DNA from: Promethearchaeota archaeon
GTDB taxonomy: Archaea; Asgardarchaeota; Lokiarchaeia; Sigyniarchaeales; SOKP01
NCBI GenBank assembly: GCA_048940925.1
Contig: JBHLOC010000010.1
Location: 14,051 to 78,050, forward strand
DNA length: 64,000 nucleotides
Reading direction: 5' to 3'
The position numbers were made by a program, and so were the translations under genes. The notes under the pieces were generated by a model. That model was given only the letters and a program-made list of their open reading frames with translations. It had not been told where the DNA came from and did not search any database. Positions 10,292-21,036 of this stretch are shown one piece after another. Numbering within the stretch: position 1 is the stretch's first letter; every line of letters begins with the position of its first letter.

Positions 10292-11141
10292 AAAACCAGT
10301 AATTGAATTTGAAAATAAAAAATATATATTTTCAATTAGATCGATAATTTTACTCGCATTGGGGGCACCTATTTCAGCCTATCTTATTTATTTATTCTTT
10401 GATTGGAAAGAGCAGTTCTGGCTGCATGAAATAGTGGTGAAACAAACAGTATATTTCCTAAATTTGTTTTTTAATATGGGAGCAGAAGCTGTATACGCAC
10501 CAAGTGGAAAATATTATTGGAAGTTTGTTATTCCAGGGAAAGATCCGATTTCATTCGAGACCTTTTGCACTGGTATACAAGCCATATGCATTTTCGCGGG
10601 AATCATCATTTTCACCCCTCACAGCCAAGATGCGATGACAAAAAAAGATATTGTGTGGCGGAAAACAAAAGCTCTAGTAGTTTCTTCAGTAATCTTTTAT
10701 GTGGTTAATATAATTCGAATGCTTATTCAAATTGATTTATATTATATTGGATATGCGTGGAAAGATATTCATTTCTCAATAAGCGCAGCAAGCTCGTTCA
10801 TTGCAGCTATAATTGTTCTTTTGATGCATAGATGGATACCTGAATTTATTATTTCTATAATCTATGTAGGAACATTGATAAGTGAACCTATAAAGCAAAA
10901 AAAAAAAGAAAAAATAAAAAATATGGTGGAATCTACGAAAAAAGTTGAACTAAAGTTAATGCGACCAGTTTTAAGAATGGAGAAAAAAGGGTTTGATAAG
11001 AATATTTCTGAATGGGCAGAAGATTTTGGGTATTCAATTGAAGGAGAGCATTTAGTGATCCCAGAAACTAACGTTTCAGATTTTATAGAATTACTTATGA
11101 TGGATAAACCCTTTACGACTGAAAATAAATTAAAAAAATAA
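10260..11141 (+). CDS. Archaeosortase/exosortase family protein (Loki type) with C-terminal soluble domain
   Basis: Multi-TM protein with Cys (FETFCTG), Arg (VVNIIRM) and His (DIHF) triad. Confidence 0.8.
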   Translation: MQVIKKLKAIKKPVIEFENKKYIFSIRSIILLALGAPISAYLIYLFFDWKEQFWLHEIVVKQTVYFLNLFFNMGAEAVYAPSGKYYWKFVIPGKDPISFETFCTGIQAICIFAGIIIFTPHSQDAMTKKDIVWRKTKALVVSSVIFYVVNIIRMLIQIDLYYIGYAWKDIHFSISAASSFIAAIIVLLMHRWIPEFIISIIYVGTLISEPIKQKKKEKIKNMVESTKKVELKLMRPVLRMEKKGFDKNISEWAEDFGYSIEGEHLVIPETNVSDFIELLMMDKPFTTENKLKK

Positions 11142-11193
11142 AGTATTATTCCTCTATTTATTAATTAAATAAGAAAGTCTAGTTTAACGAGAT

Positions 11194-12096
11194 ATGTTGA
11201 ATTTTGAAACTGAACAAAAAGTTGTTCAAATAGGGAAAGTAAAGATCGGCGGACAACCTGGGGAGAATCCAACTGTCTTAATTGGTACTGTTTTTTATGC
11301 AAAACATGCAGCATTATTAAATGAAAAAACTGGAGAAATAGATAAAAATCTTACCGAACAAGAGTTGAATAAATTTACAGATATTATTGAAGATACAAAA
11401 TTACAAGGAGTAATTGACGTTATAGGTTCATATCCAGATGCACTTATAAAACAATGTGAATTCATTGCGGATAATGTGGAGTATCCTTTTTTAGTTGATG
11501 GATTGAATGATTCCTCTCGAATTCCAGCAATGAAAGGACTATCTGAAATAGGATTGTTAGACAGAGCCATATTAAACAGTATTGATGAGAATACAAATGA
11601 CGAGAGTATAGAAAAGCTAAATGAAATTGGTGTGAAAAATGCTGTTTTGTTAACTTTTGGAAATAGATATATATTTCCTAAAACCAAGTTAAAATTCTTA
11701 GAAGAGACGCTTATTCCAAAAGTTAAAAAGGCAAATATTGAAAATTATATCGTTGATACTGCTGTATTAGATTTACCTTCAATTTCAATAAACTTTGAAA
11801 CCACAAGGTTAGTTAAAACTAAATTTGGAATACCCACCGGATTTGCTCCTGCTAATGCGATTTATGGATGGAATTATGTAAAAAAATTTGGTGAGAGTGC
11901 TCGATGTGGCGCAATTGCTTCAATAATGGCATATTGTGCTTCCGCTCCTAGTGATTTTATTTTATTTGGTCCGATTAAGTTTGTTAACTGCATAGCACCT
12001 GCAATTTCCTTAATATGTGGGGTGAATTCTTATTATCGAAAAAGAGTATTAAGAAAAAAAATATTGGAACCTACTCCATTAGATGTTATTTTTTAA
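11194..12096 (+). CDS. mtrH: MtrH-family pterin methyltransferase (stand-alone)
   Basis: FETEQKV..IGKVKIGGQPGENPTVLIGTVFY, AILNSI, SDFILFGPI. Confidence 0.85.
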   Translation: MLNFETEQKVVQIGKVKIGGQPGENPTVLIGTVFYAKHAALLNEKTGEIDKNLTEQELNKFTDIIEDTKLQGVIDVIGSYPDALIKQCEFIADNVEYPFLVDGLNDSSRIPAMKGLSEIGLLDRAILNSIDENTNDESIEKLNEIGVKNAVLLTFGNRYIFPKTKLKFLEETLIPKVKKANIENYIVDTAVLDLPSISINFETTRLVKTKFGIPTGFAPANAIYGWNYVKKFGESARCGAIASIMAYCASAPSDFILFGPIKFVNCIAPAISLICGVNSYYRKRVLRKKILEPTPLDVIF

Positions 12097-12117
12097 AATT
12101 TTTCTCATATTATTGTA

Positions 12118-13778
12118 TTAGATGAAATAGACATCTTTTAATACCATTTTGAATGGATTAGGCTGCAAACCTTTCAAATTCGATACATATGATAAAATAC
12201 TTATTCTGGACGAAATCAATATAACAGGATACAGTTCTTCAATTAGGCGTTTTTGAATTTCATAATAAATCTCTTCTCTGAGAGTAGCGTTAGTCTCTTT
12301 CATTCCTTCTTCTATCCATTGGTCGATCAAACTATCATTCATATGTTCATAGTTAGTTTTACTATAGTAATCGATCATCCCATTATGCGGATCATTATAA
12401 TCATAATTCCAACCAAAAGTAAAAAGTTGAAATGGAGCCTCCCAATCTTCTGGTATGACTTTGACTCCAATTTGTTTAAGCTTATCTGTAGCTAATCCCA
12501 TACCTTCTGATGAGGGGATTCCATACATCATATCGAATGTGTATGTTGCAAGGGGTGTTTCATTAGTTACTAACATTTCCCATTCATTCCCAGAGCTGAT
12601 ATCATCATTCGCAGTTAGATTAGAGGTTCCAGGCCACCCTGCATCTTTTAATATTTGTCGTGCTAATGAAATATTATAATAAGGAACATTAAAATCAACT
12701 GTGTTAGAGTATAAAATGCCTTCTGGAATAGGAGATCGAGCCTTTATCATCCTGTTGGGCAACACTTCCTCAACTTGATAAGTATAGTTTATAGCATATG
12801 AGATTGCCTTTCGCATGGTAAGATTAATGAGTTCATTATTTATTCCAATAAAAAAATATTGTATTGGAGAATATTCTCGAACTGTAATCCCTGGTTCATT
12901 TTTGAGTGTCTGGATCGACGAATTGGGATAGAGTATATGGTAACTGGGATGTAATATACTAATTTCTTTTGCCAAAAATGCGTTCCATAAATCCTCACCT
13001 TCAGTGGTATCTTCATAAAATTTAAAAACTAATTGGTCGACATTAGGCTTTTTGGTCCAGTAGTTTGTATTGGGAGTCAGTGTTAAATTGATATGAGGCT
13101 CATACCCCTCATATATAAAAGGACCAGTCCCAACCAAAATATCGGTGTTCAAATTAATAGTTTTATTAGCAGGGGTTGATTTAGGCGATAAAATACTTGT
13201 GATAGTGTGAGTTAACAAATGCAGGAACGGAACATAAGGCTCATTTAGCACAAATTTTACAGTATATTCATCAACAACTTGAGTTTCATTTATAATCCAG
13301 CGTCCATCTGGTAGTTGTAATAGATATTCTAACCAAAACTCGACTAAACGATGAATCCTATCAATATTCCATTTAACTGCTGTTGCATTAAATGGTGTTC
13401 CATCGTGAAACTTTACACCTCTTCGAAGGGAACAAGTTAATTCTGTAGGATTATTAGGATCGTTCCACTCATAACTTTTTGCTGGAACAAAGATTAATCT
13501 TGGTTGTTTGCCTGTATAATCGAAATCAAATAAAGTTTCAGAAACTTGAGCGAGCACATAATTAGAGGGAAAGATAGGATCAACGCTCACACCTTCCCCT
13601 GGAATACCTATTATACAAATACCTCCTTTAGGCTCTTCACTTAAATAATAATACCACTTACAATGCCTGCTATAGCAACAGCAGTAATTATTCCGCCAGC
13701 AATAATTGCTTTGTGTTCAACAAAAATTTTTTTCTTTTTAGGAGCTTTCTTTTTGTGACCTTTTTCCTCAACACTCAT
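12118..13778 (-). pseudogene. ABC peptide/nickel solute-binding protein (family 5), frameshifted near its N-terminal anchor
   Basis: LRRGVKFHDGTPFNATAVKWN and VGTGPF motifs in 12118-13590. The TM anchor ORF 13641-13778 is in another frame and stops at ATT-ATT-ATT-TAA; a 1-nt shift joins the two. Confidence 0.7.
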
Positions 13779-14055
13779 TTTAATCCACATTTAAATATTT
13801 TCTGATTATCAAGTTAACAATCTGACAATTTTTTTAGATTTCATATTAATGTGTTAAATGATAAGTTGAATACTTTTATACTTAAAATTTACTAGTGTGG
13901 GAATCTTAGATCTAAACCTACTAAGTAAATATATTGGTTTTTCTCTAATATAAAACTAGCTTACCATTGATTCAGTTCCAATACTATATCTTTCAGTGAT
14001 ATTTAAAATTAGAAACATAATTTTAAATCCAAGTTGGGAGTAAGGTATTAAAAAG

Positions 14056-15561
14056 TTAAGCTATATATCTTAATAATAAGTCTTTTGTTTGGTCTAAAAA
14101 TTTAGATAATTTTCGATTAATTTTCTTCTTTTTTTTTTCTTCATCAGTTAAAAATAAAATAAACATTGTTTCATCAGATATATGAATTCTCCTAAAAAGG
14201 ATTATAGAGTCAGCAACTTTAAATATTGCTTCTTCTTGTTTTAATGCTTTAAACTTTGCAAAAATTTTAAATATCATCGCAAATTGAGGGGCAGATACTT
14301 CAAAGGCATTTATTAATTCCTCTGATCTTGGAATTTTAGTTAACGCCATTGCCTTTGGTGAATAAAAATCTGATAACACTAAACCATCAATACTTAATAA
14401 TAATGCCAAATATGTATCTGTTTCAGTGGAGAAATTTTTAAGATTTAAATTGATAATATCCCTATTTGGACTTAATTTAGCTATTCCTGAGGAAAATGCT
14501 CTTAATATTGTAAATATCTGAAATATACTGGTTATATAAATTTCAAGTGATTCCTCAGGTGAAATTTGAGCTAATCTTTTTTTAATGAGTTCAATATTTT
14601 CTTTTATTTCTCCAGAATCTATAATATCAGAATCTCCTTTTGAGAGAATGTATATAATTGGTGTAGATTGATTAAATTTTTTAAGAACTTGTTTAAGATC
14701 TTGAAGATATTCAAAACTTTCTTCAAATCTGACTTTATTTCGAATATCAATAAAATAAAATAAGAGATCTGCTTCATACAGATATATTTCAGCTTTATTT
14801 ATGTATTTTTTACGAAATTGCAATTGCCCACCTAAATCCCAAAGAAAAATTGTAGCCCCTAATGCTTCAATTGATTTAATGCTAGCACCTACCGTTGGTT
14901 TTAAGCCAATTAATTTACTATATTTTCGATCAACTGACAATAAGAAACTAGTTTTTCCACTATCATCAAGACCAGAAAAAAGAATCTTCATTTTACGATG
15001 ACTGGTTATAGGAGTCGAAGGATTTCTTTCGATTTCAATTAGTTTTTTAAGCAAATCGTAATAAAAAGGTGCAATACTCTCTTGAGCTGGATAATTTTTC
15101 ATCAATTTTAGATCAAAACTATTAAAAAATTCAATAACAATAGGTTTTATTCTATTTATATTGTTATATAAAAAATTTCTACTATATTCATCAACTAATA
15201 TTGAAAAAGCAGTAGGAGTAGGAGAATTAGAAGATTCTGAATTAATACAATGAAAAAATGTTAGAGATGTAACATTAAAATCTGGATATGGTAAAATCGC
15301 AAAGTACTGCAAATTTAGAATGTCTATACTTGATGAGAAAGTTCGATCGCTTATAAATAAACTTAGGTTCTTAATTGAGATTTGCGTAACATCTCTAGTT
15401 GTTAAAGTAAGAAGATTTTTATTTTTTGTCTCTTCTTTAATCTCTGCTAATTCTTTATCACTATAATATTTCGGCCAAGCATAGATTGGTTGTGGACCTA
15501 ATTCTCCATAAGAACTGAATATAAAACCCTTAATAATTGAGTTGTTAAATAGTTCTTCCAT
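14056..15561 (-). CDS. uDENN/longin-like + Arf/Rag-like GTPase + roadblock-like tri-domain protein
   Basis: SYGELGPQP..W.P, ILPYP; G1 GLDDSGKT, G3 WDLGGQ, G4 SKGD, G5 TSIF; C-terminal LLSIDGLVLS. Confidence 0.8.
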   Translation of the reverse strand: MEELFNNSIIKGFIFSSYGELGPQPIYAWPKYYSDKELAEIKEETKNKNLLTLTTRDVTQISIKNLSLFISDRTFSSSIDILNLQYFAILPYPDFNVTSLTFFHCINSESSNSPTPTAFSILVDEYSRNFLYNNINRIKPIVIEFFNSFDLKLMKNYPAQESIAPFYYDLLKKLIEIERNPSTPITSHRKMKILFSGLDDSGKTSFLLSVDRKYSKLIGLKPTVGASIKSIEALGATIFLWDLGGQLQFRKKYINKAEIYLYEADLLFYFIDIRNKVRFEESFEYLQDLKQVLKKFNQSTPIIYILSKGDSDIIDSGEIKENIELIKKRLAQISPEESLEIYITSIFQIFTILRAFSSGIAKLSPNRDIINLNLKNFSTETDTYLALLLSIDGLVLSDFYSPKAMALTKIPRSEELINAFEVSAPQFAMIFKIFAKFKALKQEEAIFKVADSIILFRRIHISDETMFILFLTDEEKKKKKINRKLSKFLDQTKDLLLRYIA

Positions 15562-15654
15562 CGCTTAAGGTAATTTTTGGTATTATAAATTTTAAATTAT
15601 ATAAATTTATTTAAGCAATATTAATTATTAATAGCTTTACTATTAAAATCATAG

Positions 15655-16617
15655 ATGATCTTAAAAAAAATAGCAGAAAGTATTAAAAATAATCGAAATA
15701 TAGTAGAAAAGCAAGAAATTAATCCCTTTATCCAATATATAGATAAAAATTCTTTTAAAAGTTCTAAGGTATTTTCAGATATCGGAGAAGATTCAGCAGC
15801 TATAACAAATGAAGATAATTATATATTAATAACTACTGATAGAATAAAAACATCTTTTGTTGAAAATTTCCCTTATGGCGCTGGTTTTTCTGCTATCTTA
15901 GTTGGAGTTGATGATATTTACTGTTGTGGAGGCACTCCATTAGCTGCTAGTTTAATTATCTCCTATAAAGAAGAAAAAATTGGACAACAAATTATAGAAG
16001 GAGTAAGTGAAGGTTCTAGAAAATTTCATGTACCCATTGTAAGAGGTCACACAAATCCAAAAGGAGACCATTATGAATTAAGCTCTACAATGGTAGGAGA
16101 AGTTCAAAAAAAACATTATATATCGGCAAAAAACGCTCAAATTAATGATTATATAATTTTAGCTGTTGATTTTGATGGAAAAGTTGGGAAAGCTAGTGAT
16201 TTGTATTGGGATACAGTGACTTTCAAAAAGTCAAAGGAAATCCTCCATAAAAGAAAGTCTATGAATAAAATTGCTAAATTACAATTAGTAAATTCTTCAA
16301 AAGATATTTCTAATGGTGGAATTTTTGGTACCTTGCACCAATTGATAAAATATTCAAATGTGGGGGCAGATGTGAATATTAACAATATTAATATACCTCC
16401 TATATTAATAGATAAAGGTTATAATTTAGAGAAATATATTAAAATGTATTTAACTACGTCATATATAACAACTGCTACCCCTCGTAATTATAACTCAGTA
16501 ATCGATGTGTTTAATGAATTTGGAATGACTGCAAACGTAATTGGTAAAATTATTAAAGAAAAAAATCTTTTGAAAATAAATAATGGGATTGACTCCATTA
16601 ATGTAATTAAAGTTTAG
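15655..16617 (+). CDS. PurM/AIR-synthase-related ATP-binding protein
   Basis: IGEDSAAI, DDIYCCGGTPL, IVRGHT, KDISNGG. Confidence 0.85.
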   Translation: MILKKIAESIKNNRNIVEKQEINPFIQYIDKNSFKSSKVFSDIGEDSAAITNEDNYILITTDRIKTSFVENFPYGAGFSAILVGVDDIYCCGGTPLAASLIISYKEEKIGQQIIEGVSEGSRKFHVPIVRGHTNPKGDHYELSSTMVGEVQKKHYISAKNAQINDYIILAVDFDGKVGKASDLYWDTVTFKKSKEILHKRKSMNKIAKLQLVNSSKDISNGGIFGTLHQLIKYSNVGADVNINNINIPPILIDKGYNLEKYIKMYLTTSYITTATPRNYNSVIDVFNEFGMTANVIGKIIKEKNLLKINNGIDSINVIKV

Positions 16618-16638
16618 AAATTTTAGGATGTAATCTTA

Positions 16639-17364
16639 ATGGATATTGATATAAAAAAAGGTTTTTTTACAGCATGTATCATTTCTTTATTTTTCTTTTC
16701 TTATCTATATTTTTTTGCTGTAATGAATTCCAAATATTTTAAAGATTTCAAAAAATACAATTTTACTATATCAGAATTAAATATAAGTCAAGGAACAGAT
16801 AATCATTCTATTGAATGTAAATTAAATAAGTTAGCGTGGATTGAAGTTCAGTTAATCCTAAAAATCACTTCCAATCAAAGCGGTCAAGTATCGTGCGAAT
16901 TTATGGACTTTAAAGGCGGTAAATATTTTAAGAGTGTAGGTAAATCAATAAATCTAAACGGAAACAATGAAACTCAAACAGTTCGATTATTTTCACGCCC
17001 CTCTATCTTAACATTTCCAGGAAAGTATAACTTCTCATTGAATATTAGCGGCTTGTTCAGTTATAACAAGGATTTTGAGATTATTTTCGGTATGGGTTAT
17101 ATCACACTAATTTTATTCTCATCAATTCTTGGAATTGGTTTAATATTAATCCTAATAAAGAAATCAGAAAGCAAGGGTATAAAAACAGCAACACCAACTC
17201 CTAAAGAGTATAGTCTAGCGGAAATAGCTGAAATTGTTAATAATAAAATAACCTGCCCTGAGTGTAAAAAAGTGATAAATGAAGGTTTAGCCTTTTGCCC
17301 TGAATGTGGGAGTAGAATTCCTGAATTTATGAGATTTAATCCAAATTCAGCACGAGGATTATAA
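16639..17364 (+). CDS. Membrane protein with cytoplasmic zinc ribbon
   Basis: Two TM segments; CPECKK...FCPECG. Confidence 0.8.
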   Translation: MDIDIKKGFFTACIISLFFFSYLYFFAVMNSKYFKDFKKYNFTISELNISQGTDNHSIECKLNKLAWIEVQLILKITSNQSGQVSCEFMDFKGGKYFKSVGKSINLNGNNETQTVRLFSRPSILTFPGKYNFSLNISGLFSYNKDFEIIFGMGYITLILFSSILGIGLILILIKKSESKGIKTATPTPKEYSLAEIAEIVNNKITCPECKKVINEGLAFCPECGSRIPEFMRFNPNSARGL

Positions 17365-17476
17365 ATCTTATAGTTATTTTAATTTTAAGATACTTATTTA
17401 TTAAGTTCGATAAGAATAGTAAGGAAGAGAATACTTTTTATACTGTTGATTATTTTGTTTCCACTTTTTAAACTTT

Positions 17477-18151
17477 CTAATTAAGAGGAGAATGACATGA
17501 ATGGCAATATTCATGAGTAGCATCAGTCAATGCACCGCACATTGGACATATAATTTTTTTTAATTTCTTCTGTTTGATTTCAGCTTCTTTCTCTGCTTGA
17601 AATTTCGCCAGTTTTTCAGCGATTTCTTTTGCTTCTTTTTCTCTCGCTTCCTTCTCTGCCTTCATCTTTGCTTCCATTTCAGCCTTTATTCTTGCTCCTC
17701 TTTCAACTCTTTCTTTCGCTTCTCTTACAGCTCGTTCTTCGACTTCTCTTTCTTCTCTTTCTTTCGCTTTTTTTTGCACCCATTCTCTCAATTCTCTCTC
17801 TGCTTTTTCTTTAGCAATTTTCTCCTCTTTTTCTCTTGCTTCTTTCTCAGCTCTTTCTTTTGCTTCCATCTTTGCTTTTTCTTTAGCTTCTCTTTCTGCC
17901 TTTTTCAAAAGCTCCTTCTGTACATGTTCAATTTCCTTTTTTTCTTTTCTTTGTTCCAACTTAAATTTAACTTTATCTTTACTCTCACCAACTTTTTCCT
18001 TAACTTGTGAAGTAAATTTACTTAACCTCTCTTTACTACTTCCAATTCTTCCTTTTAACTTTACTTTTAACGAACTGCCTTCCTTCTCTTCTAATTCCTC
18101 TGGATCATTAGAATTATTGTTTACATTTTTTTTATTATTAAATTCCTGCAT
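17477..18151 (-). CDS. Charged coiled-coil (E/K/R/A-rich) protein with C-terminal zinc ribbon
   Basis: AEKEARE/AKEKA repeats; CPMCG...CHSC. Confidence 0.8.
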   Translation of the reverse strand: MQEFNNKKNVNNNSNDPEELEEKEGSSLKVKLKGRIGSSKERLSKFTSQVKEKVGESKDKVKFKLEQRKEKKEIEHVQKELLKKAEREAKEKAKMEAKERAEKEAREKEEKIAKEKAERELREWVQKKAKEREEREVEERAVREAKERVERGARIKAEMEAKMKAEKEAREKEAKEIAEKLAKFQAEKEAEIKQKKLKKIICPMCGALTDATHEYCHSCHSPLN

Positions 18152-18379
18152 ACCATTATTTCACTTTATATTTCTTTATTAAATTATGATTAACTTTCAT
18201 CGAGATCTATACTTTTTATTTATCATATATATATTTTGGATAATAGAATGCATATATTAGACAAGATTTTTTATTTTAAAGACGTGCATTTTGAAGTTAA
18301 TTAAACTGTTTTAGAGAAAATTTTAAAAACAATTTAATAATTTTAAATTTTCTCATTACTAATTATCTGGTGTAAAATA

Positions 18380-18937
18380 ATGGATTTTGACTTGAAAAGA
18401 AAATTTGAAGGGATTGTTTCTATTATTGGAGCAAGTGAAATTTCTAAAGAAATTAGAGAAAAAACGGTTGAAATTGGCAGATTAATTGCTAAAAATAATT
18501 TTGCTATAGCATGTGGTGGACTTTCAGGTGTAATGGAAGCCGTATGTAAAGGGGCTAAGGAGGAAGGAGGATTTACTATTGGAATTATACCCTTTTTGGA
18601 AAAATCAGCTGCAAATAAATATGTAGATTTAGTTATTCCATGTCCATTTTCACAGGCTCGAAATATTGTTGTTGTCTTAACTGGTGATATATGTTTAGCT
18701 ATAAGTGGTAAAGCAGGTACGTTATCTGAGATTTCATTTGCATGGATATATCAAAAGCCAATAGTAGCTTTAACGAATATAGAAGGTTGGTCTTCAAAAA
18801 TTGCTAATACTAAATTAGATGACAGAAGATCTGATATAATCTACGGTGTTAAAACACCTAAAGAAGCAATAGAAAAAATAGTTGAACTATTTAAAAAAAT
18901 TGATCAAAAGAAGTTAAAAAGTATTAATAAGTTCTAA
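18380..18937 (+). CDS. LOG/TIGR00725-family nucleotide-binding protein
   Basis: CGGLSGVMEA, ARNIVV, GTLSEI. Confidence 0.88.
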   Translation: MDFDLKRKFEGIVSIIGASEISKEIREKTVEIGRLIAKNNFAIACGGLSGVMEAVCKGAKEEGGFTIGIIPFLEKSAANKYVDLVIPCPFSQARNIVVVLTGDICLAISGKAGTLSEISFAWIYQKPIVALTNIEGWSSKIANTKLDDRRSDIIYGVKTPKEAIEKIVELFKKIDQKKLKSINKF

Positions 18938-19686
18938 TCTTTTTTATTCCTTAAAATGAAATACTCTTTTTCCTGTAATTGTGCCTTAACGCTAAATCCT
19001 ACTTTTTTAACTAAATTAATAAAATATTCAATGCTCTGCTCCTTATTCCAACGAGTGCCATATCCAGTTATTATTTCTTTGCCTTCAATTTGAACTTTAA
19101 TCGGAATTACAAAGATTCTTTTGTTTCTTGTATTTTTTGGAATCATTAGATCCCACATTATAAATTCTCCATTAGCTTTCAAGACTCTATAAATTTCTTT
19201 CAATACTTTTTCATGATCACTTTTAGGCATATACATCAATGAAAAAAATGCGGTTACTGTATCAAAAGTTTCATCTAAGAATTTCAAATCTTTTGCATCC
19301 ATTATGATTTTGAGACTTTCTTTATCTCCTGCTTTATATGACTCTTCAAGTTCGCTTTTTCGTAAATCAATTGCTACTACACTACTTCCTTTCAGTTGTC
19401 CAATCACACCCTCTCCTCCTGCACCTATATCTAAAATCCTTCCTTCCAATTCAGTGTTACTTAAATTGATTTTTTGAGGATCAGTAAAAGCTATACTCAC
19501 ATTTTCTACATTTTCGATTAAATTTTCAACATTTTTTTTGGTGGCATACCATTCACCATCAATTTTCTTTCCAATAAGTTTTTTAGTTTCAAAATAATTT
19601 TTAATGGATTCTTCTGTTTCACCACTTGAGAACATTTCGACAATTTCCACGATATCAAAATATTTTAAACCATCCACTTCTTTCAT
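18934..19686 (-). CDS. HTH-like domain fused to class I SAM methyltransferase
   Basis: N-terminal excisionase/MerR-like ...KLIGKKIDGEWY; ILDIGAGGEG; FDTVTAFF; RVLKANG. Confidence 0.8.
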   Translation of the reverse strand: MKEVDGLKYFDIVEIVEMFSSGETEESIKNYFETKKLIGKKIDGEWYATKKNVENLIENVENVSIAFTDPQKINLSNTELEGRILDIGAGGEGVIGQLKGSSVVAIDLRKSELEESYKAGDKESLKIIMDAKDLKFLDETFDTVTAFFSLMYMPKSDHEKVLKEIYRVLKANGEFIMWDLMIPKNTRNKRIFVIPIKVQIEGKEIITGYGTRWNKEQSIEYFINLVKKVGFSVKAQLQEKEYFILRNKKD

Positions 19687-19963
19687 AATTTTATTTAAAT
19701 TTGACTACTCCTTTAATATTTTTTTATTTACACCTTAAATTATTTGGATAAAGGGATTTTTGTAAGAAATTTTAATATAAAAAAAAATATAATTCCGTTT
19801 AGGATGGACAGAGTAATTCAATCTAATTGAAAAATGAATTTATTAGGATTTTTAATTATATTAATTATAAAGCATAATTTAAATAAAGGATGATGTGATT
19901 TATTTTAATTACAAAAGAATATATTTGTAATTTTACTTTTATTATTCTAAAGGTGAAATTAAT

Positions 19964-20932
19964 TTGGAAAAGGATCTCAAGCAATCTATACTCTATCTAA
20001 AAAAAGAGGAACCACAAGCTGTTGAACCATCTAAAATTCTTTTTACAGGGCTAGACGGAGCTGGTAAAACATCTATTATTTTAGCACTCCAGAGAGAATT
20101 CTCAAAGATAGCGATCTTATCCCCTACCAGAGGAGCACAGAGAAGAATATTCAGCTTCTTAGGAAAAGATATTAGTGAATGGGATTTGGGTGGACAAATT
20201 AGTTATAGAATCTCCTATTTAAAGAATCCTGGTAAATATTTTGATGGAACTGAAATAGCAATTTATGTGATAGATATCCAAAATAAGCCAAGAATGCCAG
20301 AGGCAATTAGTTATTTCAAGGATGTTATTGAACAATTTAAAAAATTAGAGATTGAACCGCCTATTTATATCTTTATGCATAAATATGACCCTGCGTTAAA
20401 AAGAAACGCTCCAAATGAAATGAAAAACCTAATCATAGATTTAAAAGATAAAATTAGAAACGTTACTGATTATAAAGAATTATATTATTATCAAACCTCT
20501 ATTTATGATTTACCCTCTATTATAACCGCTATGTCTGAAATTCTTTTAAGTTTATATCCAAAATCAGAGTTAATAGATAAGACCATGATTGAGTTTGCTA
20601 AGAAAGTAAATTCAGAAGGTGTCGTTATTATTGATTTTAACTCATTAGTAGTAGGGTCATATTATCAAGATGATGAAACCAAGCATCTGTTGACCGCTAG
20701 TACTCCTTATTTTTTGTCCTTGCATGAACAAATGCAATATACAAATGTTATGGAAGATAAATTTGAAGATCGCATGATAGTGCAAAGATTTGGGAAAAAT
20801 TTTATATTTAAACAAATCGATATTACGAAAGATTCACCATATTATTTATTGCTCCTTAAAGAAGATCCCGTTTTTCATAAGGAAGATTTCGAATCTTTTG
20901 CAAATCTATTGAAAGAGATTCTCTCTAAATAA
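19964..20932 (+). CDS. Rag/Gtr-like small GTPase with C-terminal roadblock-like domain
   Basis: GLDGAGKT, PTRG, WDLGGQ, Rag-type HKYD and TSIYD. Confidence 0.82.
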   Translation: MEKDLKQSILYLKKEEPQAVEPSKILFTGLDGAGKTSIILALQREFSKIAILSPTRGAQRRIFSFLGKDISEWDLGGQISYRISYLKNPGKYFDGTEIAIYVIDIQNKPRMPEAISYFKDVIEQFKKLEIEPPIYIFMHKYDPALKRNAPNEMKNLIIDLKDKIRNVTDYKELYYYQTSIYDLPSIITAMSEILLSLYPKSELIDKTMIEFAKKVNSEGVVIIDFNSLVVGSYYQDDETKHLLTASTPYFLSLHEQMQYTNVMEDKFEDRMIVQRFGKNFIFKQIDITKDSPYYLLLLKEDPVFHKEDFESFANLLKEILSK

Positions 20933-21036
20933 TACTATATAAAAAATAACTATTGTCTACCTCTTTGATATCCTATTGTATCTAACTTTAAGAGAATCTC
21001 CTTTTAAAAAAAAATGATAATTTTGTAAGATTTAAT

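Noticed and set aside
15655-16617. Selenophosphate synthetase SelD
   Set aside because: PurM fold, but lacks the N-terminal Cys/Sec-x-x-Lys motif of SelD.
17597-18010. Phe/Ser/Leu-rich plus-strand ORFs (17597-18010, 17629-17814)
   Set aside because: Antisense shadows of the E/K/A/R-rich coiled-coil gene; likewise 28745-29215 opposite L13e.
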